Assembly: GCA_041562555.1 (NCBI GenBank)
Contig: JBFEXS010000075.1
Location: 1-10,831 of the forward strand
Source of the DNA: Sulfurimonadaceae bacterium
GTDB lineage: Bacteria > Campylobacterota > Campylobacteria > Campylobacterales > Sulfurimonadaceae
Length of the DNA: 10,831 nt
Direction of reading: 5' to 3'
Below the pieces are notes generated by a model, which worked only from the letters and a program-made list of their open reading frames with translations, did not search any database and was not told where the DNA came from. The number at the start of each line of letters is the position of its first letter. Position 1 is the first letter of the stretch. The position numbers were made by a program, and so were the translations under genes. This document shows, piece after piece, positions 1-7,992 of this stretch.

Positions 1-490
1 AGGTTTTACTATGATCGAATTGATCTTCGTTATCGTTATTCTAGGTATTTTAGCAGCGGTCGCTATTCCTAAGCTTGCAGCGACTCGTGATGATGCACGT
101 ATCGCTTCGGGAGCGTCTGATATTGCTACGGCTGTTTCTGATTTTGGTGCACGTTATACGTCACGTGGTTCATGGACATCAACAGGTGCAGCGGATACAG
201 TGTCTCAGGTGACAAATGTTCAGTTTGCTGAGGGTGATGTGGCAGTTGGTGGTGGACCATTGACTTATACAAGTGATGGACAGGCTATACGAGCCGGTGA
301 CAATGACTGTATCGTATTCACACTTGCTCCTGCTGCGAATAACCCACTAACTGATGGAAACTTGACAGTATCTGCTGGTACTGGTGTTAGCCCAATCTGT
401 TTAGGTATGCAACAAGCATTAAATGATATTCTGACTGCTAATGGTGGTACAGGTGTTCAAACCTTTGGTGGATCATCAGTCGTTTGGTAA
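1..490 (+). CDS. Type IV pilin/pseudopilin-like protein with prepilin N-terminal cleavage/methylation motif (pilin 1, 5'-partial; candidate major pilin)
   Basis: The frame continues upstream of the ATG at 11: nt 2-10 GGT TTT ACT give G|FTMIELIFVIVILGILAAVAIPKL, a class III signal peptide with Glu at +5, so the real start lies before the window. It has a C-terminal Cys pair (TGT 308, TGT 398) and stop TAA 488-490. Confidence 0.92.
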   Translation, partial: GFTMIELIFVIVILGILAAVAIPKLAATRDDARIASGASDIATAVSDFGARYTSRGSWTSTGAADTVSQVTNVQFAEGDVAVGGGPLTYTSDGQAIRAGDNDCIVFTLAPAANNPLTDGNLTVSAGTGVSPICLGMQQALNDILTANGGTGVQTFGGSSVVW

Positions 491-508
491 TTGATGTTTA
501 AATCGAGT

Positions 509-536
509 TAAGGCGAGAGAGGATTCTCTTACCTTA
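509..536 (+). terminator. Stem-loop after pilin 1 (attenuator, mRNA 3' stabiliser or weak terminator)
   Basis: TAAGGCGAGAGA-GGAT-TCTCTTACCTTA is a 12-position stem with one G-U pair, one C/A mismatch and a 4-nt loop, starting 19 nt after the stop. There is no immediate U-tract, so it is not a canonical intrinsic terminator. Confidence 0.55.
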
Positions 537-585
537 CATACCTATGTTTCTTTGTCGTAAGTTTGTATAAATGTAAGGTTTTTTG

Positions 586-1028
586 ATGAAAAATGCGTTT
601 ACAATGATAGAACTTATTTTTGTAATTGTTATACTCGGCATTTTAGCGGCAGTAGCAATTCCAAAATTAAGTGCTACAAGAGATGATGCGATCATTGCCA
701 GGGTTTCTCAAAATATATCTGTCGCGGTAAGTGAAATAGCAAGTTATGCCGTTTCGAAAGGACAAACGACAGATGATCTATCTGTAATGTCTGGTGCTAT
801 TGAGTCATTGGTTTCTAGAAATGAGGCAACTTTGGATATTCCGGGCAGAGCGGCGGATATTATTCAAGAGCGAACTGTATCAGAATATCTTTAGTGAATG
901 CCGGTGGGGATGAAAACTTGACTGTTTCATTTGGTCCGGTAGGTGACACTAGATGTGATGCTTTACAAAGTGTATTTGACAATGCGATATTTCCTATCGC
1001 GATTAGAGGAGAACGAGTTGTTTATTAA
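586..1028 (+). pseudogene. Type IV pilin-like gene (pilin 2) disrupted by a 1-nt frameshift near 865-870 (pseudogene or sequencing error); about 147 aa if restored
   Basis: ATG 586 follows AAGG at 575-578 and gives MKNA|FTMIELIFVIVILGILAAVAIPKL. This frame stops at TAG 892-894. The -1 frame is open from 825 to 1028 and reads ANCIRISLVNAGGDENLTVSFGPVGDTRCDALQSVFDNAIFPIAIRGERVVY*. That aligns with the pilin 1 C-terminus (NDCIVFTL...DGNLTVS...PICLGMQQ...GGSSVVW*). Confidence 0.85.
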
Positions 1029-1494
1029 AAATGGATTTACGATGATTGAGTTGGTCTTTGTTATTGTTGTTTTGGGTATATTAGCTGCAGTAGCTGTACC
1101 AAAGTTTGCGGCAACGCGTGATGATGCCAACATTGCGAAGGCAAGGTCTGATGTGTCAGCAGTACGTTCAGCAATTATATCTGAACGTCAAACCAGATTG
1201 TTCAGAGGTGATGCACGTTTTATTCAATTGTTGGACCAGGCTCCTAATGGCGGGGGTAATCAGATATTTGGTGGATTGCCTGCTGGTGTCATGCCGAATA
1301 CAAATGGAGCTTTGAGATTATTACAGTATCCAATTACCACTCGCCCGGGTAACGGCGGTTGGAATAAGACGGGTCCTACTACGTATACCTTTACTACCGG
1401 ACAAGGTGTTGCAACTTTTACCTATAATCCGGCAGATGGGACTTTTGACTGTGCAGGTGGGGCTGGAACGGCTTGTGCATTATTAACTGACTAA
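1018..1494 (+). CDS. Type IV pilin/pseudopilin-like protein (pilin 3, 158 aa; minor or competence pilin-like, immediately upstream of priA)
   Basis: TTG at 1018 sits 6 nt after AGGAG (1007-1011) and gives a short basic leader, MFIKNG|FTMIELVFVIVVLGILAAVAVPKF. It has a terminal Cys pair (FDCAGGAGTAC). The ORF-track start at 943 would give an implausibly long leader. Confidence 0.9.
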   Translation: MFIKNGFTMIELVFVIVVLGILAAVAVPKFAATRDDANIAKARSDVSAVRSAIISERQTRLFRGDARFIQLLDQAPNGGGNQIFGGLPAGVMPNTNGALRLLQYPITTRPGNGGWNKTGPTTYTFTTGQGVATFTYNPADGTFDCAGGAGTACALLTD

Positions 1495-3336
1495 TTGAAA
1501 TATTATACCTTCTCCATCTTAGGCTCACCGCTTGAGCCTTTGACCTTCGCCTCTTCAGCGTTTCTACAACCTTTGGATATAGTCCTATTACCTTTTCAGA
1601 ACAAAGAAAAAAAAGCTGTTGTCATAGCTGAAGTCCCGCAGCCGGATTTTGATACCGTCGAGATCCTGCAAAAGACAGAAGATAGTTTTTCGATTAAACA
1701 GTTTGAACTTGCGAAGTTCATCAGTGAATACTATTTTTGTTCTCTGGGAGAAGCATTTAACTTGTTTCATCCATTTAAAGCTGACGACAAGAACAATCAG
1801 AGTCCTTATAGTGTGCAAAAGAGTGTTGAACTCTCTGATAAGCAATCATCGGCCTTGAAGACACTGCAGAACCACAAGGTCTCCTTATTGTTTGGGGATA
1901 CGGGATCTGGTAAGACTGAGATCTATATGAAATGGTTTGAAGAGGTCTTGGCAACCGACAAGCAGGTATTGATGCTTATGCCTGAAATCTCGTTGACACC
2001 TCAGATGCAGATACGTCTGGAAAAACATTTCGGTGCGTCAGTGGTAATGTGGCACTCAAAACTCACCAAAAAACAAAAAGAAAAGGCTTTGGAAAAGATT
2101 TATGAGGGTACCGCCCGTGTCATTGCAGGAGCACGCTCGGCACTGTTTTTGCCAATCGATGATGTGGGCTTGATCGTGGTTGATGAAGAGCATGATGACT
2201 CTTATAAGGCCTCATCAAGACCCCGTTATCATGCGAGGGATATGGCGATCTATTTTGGAAAGTTACTTGATATCCCCGTACTATTGGGATCAGCCACACC
2301 TTCACTCTCTTCCTATGTCAAGTTTCCCCATGTACGTCTGAAGGGTGGATATTTTAATCATAACCGTCGTTTTGTGTATGAGCCACACATCGAAGAGGTG
2401 ACACCGCTCATCGAGGATGCTGTACTCAAAACAGCACAAAAGAGTGAGCAGACTATGCTTTTTCTACCGACACGTGCCAACTTCAAGTATCTTATCTGTG
2501 ATCATTGCGGTTATACCTATAAGTGTCCCTATTGCGATGTGGGGATGAGTCTTCATAAATTTGCGCGCCGCGTAAAGTGTCATTACTGCAATTTTGCAGA
2601 GCCTATTCCTGAAGTCTGTCCGGAGTGTACAAGCGGAACACTTCTATCAAGTCGATTGGGGACAGCTGAAGCAGTAGAGCATTTTCAGCAGAAGTATCCT
2701 AATCTAAGAGTGGCACAATTTGATCGCGACAAGATAACAACACAAAAGAAGTTAAAAGAGCTACTCAGCAGTTTTAACAGTGGCGAGATAGACTTGTTGA
2801 TCGGTACGCAAATGCTTTCCAAAGGGCATGATTATCATGATGTCACACTTGCTATCATTCAGGGGATCGATAATATCTTACAGATGAGTGATTACCGGGC
2901 ACGTGAGAAAGCACTCTCTTTATTGATCCAGATTGCAGGACGCAGCGGACGAAAGAAAGATGCCGTTGTTCTGGTGCAGAGCTTTTATCAAGAGTTTTTT
3001 GAACCGTATATAAAACAGTATGAACTGTTTCTTGAAGAAGAAAAAGAGTTTAGAAAAGAGCTCTACCCACCCTATAAAAAGCTTGCCAGGCTTAGTTTTT
3101 CTCATGTAAAACAAGACAAGGCAAGTGAGAGTATGCATGAGGTGTTAGAGCATATTGTGCATCATAATACGATCGAAGTCGTCGGACATGGCCCTTCGCC
3201 TATCGAGAAAATTGCAAACAAGTTTCGTTTTCAGATCCTCTTACGTGCGGATAAAAGCACGGATTTGATAAAAGCGATCAAGGGAAGCAAGAACAGGTTG
3301 TGTGAAGTGGACATGGACCCGATAGACTTCGTCTAA
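1495..3336 (+). CDS. priA: Primosomal protein N' (replication restart helicase PriA)
   Basis: Walker A GDTGSGKTE, LMPEISLTPQ, DEEH, GSATPS, four CxxC zinc knuckles (CDHC, CPYC, CHYC, CPEC), GTQMLSKGHD and QIAGRSGR. The TTG start directly abuts the pilin 3 TAA. Confidence 0.97.
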   Translation: MKYYTFSILGSPLEPLTFASSAFLQPLDIVLLPFQNKEKKAVVIAEVPQPDFDTVEILQKTEDSFSIKQFELAKFISEYYFCSLGEAFNLFHPFKADDKNNQSPYSVQKSVELSDKQSSALKTLQNHKVSLLFGDTGSGKTEIYMKWFEEVLATDKQVLMLMPEISLTPQMQIRLEKHFGASVVMWHSKLTKKQKEKALEKIYEGTARVIAGARSALFLPIDDVGLIVVDEEHDDSYKASSRPRYHARDMAIYFGKLLDIPVLLGSATPSLSSYVKFPHVRLKGGYFNHNRRFVYEPHIEEVTPLIEDAVLKTAQKSEQTMLFLPTRANFKYLICDHCGYTYKCPYCDVGMSLHKFARRVKCHYCNFAEPIPEVCPECTSGTLLSSRLGTAEAVEHFQQKYPNLRVAQFDRDKITTQKKLKELLSSFNSGEIDLLIGTQMLSKGHDYHDVTLAIIQGIDNILQMSDYRAREKALSLLIQIAGRSGRKKDAVVLVQSFYQEFFEPYIKQYELFLEEEKEFRKELYPPYKKLARLSFSHVKQDKASESMHEVLEHIVHHNTIEVVGHGPSPIEKIANKFRFQILLRADKSTDLIKAIKGSKNRLCEVDMDPIDFV

Positions 3337-3401
3337 AACCGTTACACAGAGGCGCTTAGATAACTATTTAGATTGTTCAAGCTCTTTCTTACTAATAAAA
3401 A

Positions 3402-3409
3402 GATAAAAT
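3402..3409 (+). promoter_or_regulatory. Housekeeping-sigma -10 box (gaTAAAAT) for ispG-dnaB-comEC; probable leaderless transcript
   Basis: TAAAAT at 3404-3409 matches the Campylobacterota gnTAnAAT consensus and is 7 nt from ATG 3417. The spacer CCTTTTC has no SD. Confidence 0.6.
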
Positions 3410-3416
3410 CCTTTTC

Positions 3417-4484
3417 ATGATAAAACGCTATGAGACGAAGAAAATTTATGTAGGTAATGTTGCTGTCGGAGGCGATGCCCCGATATCCGTGCAGTCGATG
3501 ACTTACTCGGAGACACATAATGTCGCAGCAACGGTTGAGCAGATCAATCGTTTACACTTTGCCGGTTGTGATATTGTACGTGTAGCCGTGCCTAATGAAG
3601 AAGACGCCTTGGCTCTGAAAGAAATAAAAGAGCAGATCTCGTTGCCTCTCGTTGCAGATATACATTTTAATTATAAACTCGCTTTGATCGCAGCAGAAAC
3701 GGTAGATTGTATCCGTTTTAACCCGGGTAATATCGGTGAGAAGTCGCGCATAAAAGAGATCGTCAAGGCGTGTCAAGAACGTAATATTCCTATCCGGGTA
3801 GGCGTGAATGCAGGGTCATTGGAAAAAGAGTTTGAAGATAAGTATGGTCAGACTGCAGAGGGGATGGTCGCTTCGGCAGAATACAATATCAAGTTTTTGG
3901 AAGACCTGGGATTTGAAGATATTAAGGTCTCTTTAAAAGCATCGGATGTTGAGCGTACCGTAGATGCTTACAGAATGTTACGTCCAAAAAACCATTATCC
4001 TTTTCACCTTGGTGTAACAGAAGCCGGGACGATCTTTCATGCGACTATCAAGAGCGCGATAGGTCTTGGAACACTGTTACTGGATGGAATTGGTGACACG
4101 ATGCGTGTGTCAATTACCGGTGAACTCGAAGAAGAGGTCAAGGTCGCAAAGGCGATCTTAAAGGATTCGGGTGCGGCTAAAGATGGACTCAATATTATTT
4201 CTTGTCCAACCTGTGGACGTATTGAAGCGGATCTGGTAACAGCTGTAGCGGAAATCGAAGAGAAAACAAAACATATCAAAGCACCTTTGGATGTATCGGT
4301 GATGGGTTGTGTCGTCAATGCAATCGGTGAGGCTAAACATGCAGATGTTGCGATTGCTTATGGCAAGGGATCTGGCTTAGTGATGGTCAAGGGTGATGTC
4401 GTGGCAAGATTGGATGAAAAAGATCTGGTAAAACGCTTCATTGATGAGGTAGAAAAGGCAGCAGAAGAGAGTGAGAGATCCTAG
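3417..4484 (+). CDS. ispG: Flavodoxin-dependent (E)-4-hydroxy-3-methylbut-2-enyl-diphosphate synthase (MEP pathway)
   Basis: [55 protein letters not shown], and the [4Fe-4S] ligands in SCPTCGR and MGCVVN. Confidence 0.98.
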   Translation: MIKRYETKKIYVGNVAVGGDAPISVQSMTYSETHNVAATVEQINRLHFAGCDIVRVAVPNEEDALALKEIKEQISLPLVADIHFNYKLALIAAETVDCIRFNPGNIGEKSRIKEIVKACQERNIPIRVGVNAGSLEKEFEDKYGQTAEGMVASAEYNIKFLEDLGFEDIKVSLKASDVERTVDAYRMLRPKNHYPFHLGVTEAGTIFHATIKSAIGLGTLLLDGIGDTMRVSITGELEEEVKVAKAILKDSGAAKDGLNIISCPTCGRIEADLVTAVAEIEEKTKHIKAPLDVSVMGCVVNAIGEAKHADVAIAYGKGSGLVMVKGDVVARLDEKDLVKRFIDEVEKAAEESERS

Positions 4485-5930
4485 ATGGAAGAGACATTAT
4501 ATAATATCAATATCGAACGTTCTGTCTTAAACTCGATTATCTTCGAGCCTTCTCAGTTTGAAGATGTCGAAGCGAAACTCAATAGTGATGACTTCTATCT
4601 TCCTGCGCATCAGGAAGTTTACACGGCGATGGTTGAGCTTCACCGAGGGTCACATCCTATAGATGAAGAGTTTATCAAAAAACGTCTCAATGCTAAAAAA
4701 CGCTTTGATGAAGCAGTACTGCTTGATATACTCTCTTCCAATCCTATCTCGAACACCCTGGCCTATGTCAATGAGATAAAGGACAAGGCGATCAAGCGCC
4801 ATCTGTTAACGCTGACAACCGAGATAAAGCGTGTTACGGTAGAAGAGGACCTTCCGAGTGCTGAAGTGATCGATGTGGTCGAAAAGAAGCTTTATGAGAT
4901 CACGCAGGCGAATGAAAACATCGATTTCAAAGATTCACAGACGGTGACCTTTGAGACAATGGAATATATCAAAGAGATGAAGGCTCGAGGAAACTCGGTA
5001 CTAGTCGGAGTTGATACAGGTTTTGCAGAACTTAACAAGATGACGACGGGATTTGGCAAGGGTGACCTTGTTATCATCGCTGCACGTCCTGCAATGGGAA
5101 AAACCTCCTTTGCGCTGAATATTGTGTTGAATCAACTGGTACATGGTAACGGCGTGGCATTTTTCTCTTTGGAGATGCCGGCTGAGCAATTGATGCTTCG
5201 TCTGCTTTCCGCACACACTTCCATATTCCTGCAAAAGCTTCGTGTCGGGGACCTGAATGATGAAGAATGGTCAAGACTCAATGCCAGTTTGGATATGATG
5301 AACAATGCCAAACTCTTTGTGGATGACGGTTCGGGGGTGACGATCAACCAACTGCGTTCCAAGCTTCGCAAGCTCAAGTCCCAGCATCCGGAGATACAGA
5401 TGGCAGTGATCGATTACTTGCAGATCATGAATACTGCCGGTAGGGACAGACAGGCGGAAGTCTCTGAAATATCCCGTGGTCTTAAGATGCTTGCCCGTGA
5501 ACTCAGCATGCCAATCATCGCACTGTCTCAGCTTAACCGCGGGGTGGAATCACGTAATGATAAACGCCCGATGCTTTCGGATATCCGTGAATCGGGTGCT
5601 ATCGAGCAGGATGCGGATATCATCATGTTTGTATATCGTGATGATGTATATCTCTATAAAGAGGAGAAAGAGCGGGAAAAAGCAGCAAAAGCAGAGGGCA
5701 AGGAATTTACCCCTACGTATGTTGAGAAAGAGGAAGAGGAAGCGGAGATCATTATCGGTAAACAGCGTAATGGTCCGACGGGGCATGTCAAGCTCCTTTT
5801 CCAAAAAAAGTTAACACGATTTGTGGATGCACCTGCTTATGGCGGGGTAGAGATCTCATTTGAGAATGTCCAGGCTACGGAAGCGCAGATGGATGTTGGC
5901 AATGAAAGCATCTCTCAACCGATTATCTAA
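4485..5930 (+). CDS. dnaB: Replicative DNA helicase DnaB
   Basis: AARPAMGKT (Walker A), FFSLEM, IDYLQ, ALSQLNR, RESGAIEQDAD and KQRNGP. The ATG directly follows the ispG TAG. Confidence 0.98.
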   Translation: MEETLYNINIERSVLNSIIFEPSQFEDVEAKLNSDDFYLPAHQEVYTAMVELHRGSHPIDEEFIKKRLNAKKRFDEAVLLDILSSNPISNTLAYVNEIKDKAIKRHLLTLTTEIKRVTVEEDLPSAEVIDVVEKKLYEITQANENIDFKDSQTVTFETMEYIKEMKARGNSVLVGVDTGFAELNKMTTGFGKGDLVIIAARPAMGKTSFALNIVLNQLVHGNGVAFFSLEMPAEQLMLRLLSAHTSIFLQKLRVGDLNDEEWSRLNASLDMMNNAKLFVDDGSGVTINQLRSKLRKLKSQHPEIQMAVIDYLQIMNTAGRDRQAEVSEISRGLKMLARELSMPIIALSQLNRGVESRNDKRPMLSDIRESGAIEQDADIIMFVYRDDVYLYKEEKEREKAAKAEGKEFTPTYVEKEEEEAEIIIGKQRNGPTGHVKLLFQKKLTRFVDAPAYGGVEISFENVQATEAQMDVGNESISQPII

Positions 5931-7173
5931 ACCGGAACTCTTTACTTCCTTTTATCAGCAAGCCCTTGTCTTAGGGTTGCTTGTTCTGACTTTTCTCATA
6001 TCCCTTTACAGTGAATACCGGCAGTATCAGCACATATGCAAGTATGATGATTATGTGACAGAAGTGTGGGTGAATAAGCAGTATAAGAAAAAAGATTATT
6101 GGGTGTTTGAACTCAAGAGTGTAGAGGGTTTCCATTTCTATACCAGCTCAAAAGAAGATGTAAAACCCCTGCACGGACAATATCTGAAGGTCAAGATGTT
6201 TATTGATGACTTGGATTTCCTTAGTTATCTGCGGGGCTTCTATGCACCAAGTTATCTAATGGCAAAACTGCCCTATCATCAACAACGTTTTGAATTCATC
6301 GGGGAACTCAAAACCTTACATTCATCGAAGATAGCCTCCATATACGGAGCACTCTTTTTTGCAGACACTGTTCCTCTGGATCAAAGAGGACAGCTTTCTG
6401 CATGGGGTGTCAATCATCTGCTCGCCATCAGTGGTTTTCACCTGGGAGTATTGAGTCTTGTCCTGTTTTTCATTTTAAAGTTGCTATATATACCGGTTCA
6501 AAGCAAATACTTTCCCTATCGTAATTCCCGCAGGGATATCGCACTTTGCGTAATGGGATTGCTGTTTTGGTATGTATGGTTTTTAGATTTTACGCCTTCA
6601 TTGTTAAGGGCATTTTCCATGAGTCTATTTGCCTATTTACTCTATGATAGAGGAGTGAAGCTGGTTTCCTTCAGTTCACTTTTCCTGGTGGTGGCGGCAT
6701 TGATCGCATTGTGGCCAAAATTGATGTTTTCCCTTGGATTTTGGTTTTCTGTTGCCGGTGTATTTTACATCTTGTTGTTTTTATATTACACAAAAGGGCT
6801 GAGGGCATGGCAGAGTTTTATACTGGTACATGGATGGGTGTATGTGGCGATGATACCGATTGTGCACTATTTCTTTGGCAGTTTTTCAGTGTATCAGCTG
6901 TTTTCACCGTTTTTGACGATGTTGTTTATCCTCTTTTATCCTCTGGCATTGCTCAGTCACATTATTGGATTTTCCGATCTACTTGATCCCGTTTTAGAAT
7001 ATCTATTAGGCTTTGATATTCTCGTCGCCGAGTATTACACTCCCAGGTATTTCTTCTTTGGTTATATCCTTACTAGTCTCTTGGCCGTCCATAAGCGCAT
7101 CTTCTTCTTCCTGACGCTTTTGTTCAGCATGATGCTCCTGATCTACTTTCTCTATGGTATAGCACAGTTTTAG
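5902..7173 (+). CDS. comEC: ComEC/Rec2 family DNA-uptake inner-membrane channel (short form without a C-terminal metallo-beta-lactamase domain)
   Basis: Competence-domain motif GVNHLLAISGFHLG, plus PSLLRA and SLGFWFS, with many TM segments. The start is placed at ATG 5902 (GGA at 5891-5893), which overlaps the dnaB end by 29 nt; ATG 5893 is an alternative. Confidence 0.93.
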   Translation: MKASLNRLSKPELFTSFYQQALVLGLLVLTFLISLYSEYRQYQHICKYDDYVTEVWVNKQYKKKDYWVFELKSVEGFHFYTSSKEDVKPLHGQYLKVKMFIDDLDFLSYLRGFYAPSYLMAKLPYHQQRFEFIGELKTLHSSKIASIYGALFFADTVPLDQRGQLSAWGVNHLLAISGFHLGVLSLVLFFILKLLYIPVQSKYFPYRNSRRDIALCVMGLLFWYVWFLDFTPSLLRAFSMSLFAYLLYDRGVKLVSFSSLFLVVAALIALWPKLMFSLGFWFSVAGVFYILLFLYYTKGLRAWQSFILVHGWVYVAMIPIVHYFFGSFSVYQLFSPFLTMLFILFYPLALLSHIIGFSDLLDPVLEYLLGFDILVAEYYTPRYFFFGYILTSLLAVHKRIFFFLTLLFSMMLLIYFLYGIAQF

Positions 7174-7992
7174 ACCGTAAATGAAGATGATCCATGAGAG
7201 ATAGACCCATAAGAAGAAAAAGATCAATGTGGAGAACGAACCGTAGATCGTTGCATAGGTCTGGTTCTTGTGCAGGACATAAGAGATAAACCCGACTTTG
7301 ACAAAATACCAGGTCAAGGAGATCGCAAAAGAACTGATCCCGGCGGCACGGTTTGAGATATCGGTGTTGGCCGAGATCTTGTAGATAAGAAAGAAGAGTG
7401 ACCAGATAATGAGATAGGGAAACAGCTCCAAAGTACTGAAAAACCGTGTGATGTCATTTTGTGCAAGATAATCCCTCAACTCATTGGAAAGATAAAAAGA
7501 AAAGACCAATGCGATAGGCGTAAGTGTGACAAGGGTCCAGTATATACTCAATGATTCCCAAAAGCCTCGGGGTTTTGTTTTGAAGATCTTATTGACGATA
7601 TATTCAAAATTCTGAAAAAAGAGCATGGATGAGACAATGATAGCGATAATCCCGATAATACTCAACTGAATAGAGTTCTGCATAAAACTATCAATAAAGG
7701 TCGAAAACACTTCGGAATCGACAGGGACAATATTGTTCATGATAAAAGACTTGATATTGCCGTAAAAAGCGTCAAAGCTTGTCAGTGAGGTTGAGATTGA
7801 GAGGACAATAAGCATGACGGGGACAAGTGTAAAAAGAGTGTAAAAACTTAGACTAGAAGCATAAAAAGTAATGTCACGATCAAATAGAGAAATGATATAG
7901 GTGCGAAAAATCTTGTACGATAGTTTGATGTGTTTGAGTTTCGATGTACGCTTCGGTTTTTTCTTTGGAGTTTCCGGTGTATTGTCTGACAT
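7006..7992 (-). CDS. YihY/virulence factor BrkB family inner-membrane protein
   Basis: ASSLSFYTLFTLVP near the N-terminus, NKIF, and YATIYGSF...FFLWVYLSWIIFIYG near the C-terminus, with about 6 TM segments. AAGGA lies 5 nt before ATG 7992, which is preferred over 7998. Confidence 0.9.
   Translation of the reverse strand: MSDNTPETPKKKPKRTSKLKHIKLSYKIFRTYIISLFDRDITFYASSLSFYTLFTLVPVMLIVLSISTSLTSFDAFYGNIKSFIMNNIVPVDSEVFSTFIDSFMQNSIQLSIIGIIAIIVSSMLFFQNFEYIVNKIFKTKPRGFWESLSIYWTLVTLTPIALVFSFYLSNELRDYLAQNDITRFFSTLELFPYLIIWSLFFLIYKISANTDISNRAAGISSFAISLTWYFVKVGFISYVLHKNQTYATIYGSFSTLIFFFLWVYLSWIIFIYGLKLCYTIEKVDQEHHAEQKRQEEEDALMDGQETSKDITKEEIPGSVILGDENIKA

Noticed and set aside
855..894. Phase variation or programmed frameshifting at pilin 2
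   Set aside because: No homopolymer, long short-unit repeat or slippery heptamer is visible.
943..1017. N-terminal extension of pilin 3 in the ORF track
   Set aside because: This stretch encodes the pilin 2 C-terminus in another frame. TTG 1018 has a well-spaced AGGAG and gives a normal short prepilin leader.
1..1494. pilE/pilS-like antigenic variation cassettes, a shufflon, or a DGR target
   Set aside because: Every copy keeps its own prepilin N-terminus, synonymous sites are heavily diverged, and there are no long nucleotide repeats, recombinase or reverse transcriptase in the window.
5860..5901. Longer comEC start at TTG 5860
   Set aside because: It would need a 71-nt overlap with dnaB and gives an odd Arg-rich leader. 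ATG 5902 or 5893 is more plausible.
4485..5930. Intein in DnaB
   Set aside because: The length is normal at 481 aa, the motifs are contiguous, and no splicing or LAGLIDADG motifs are present.
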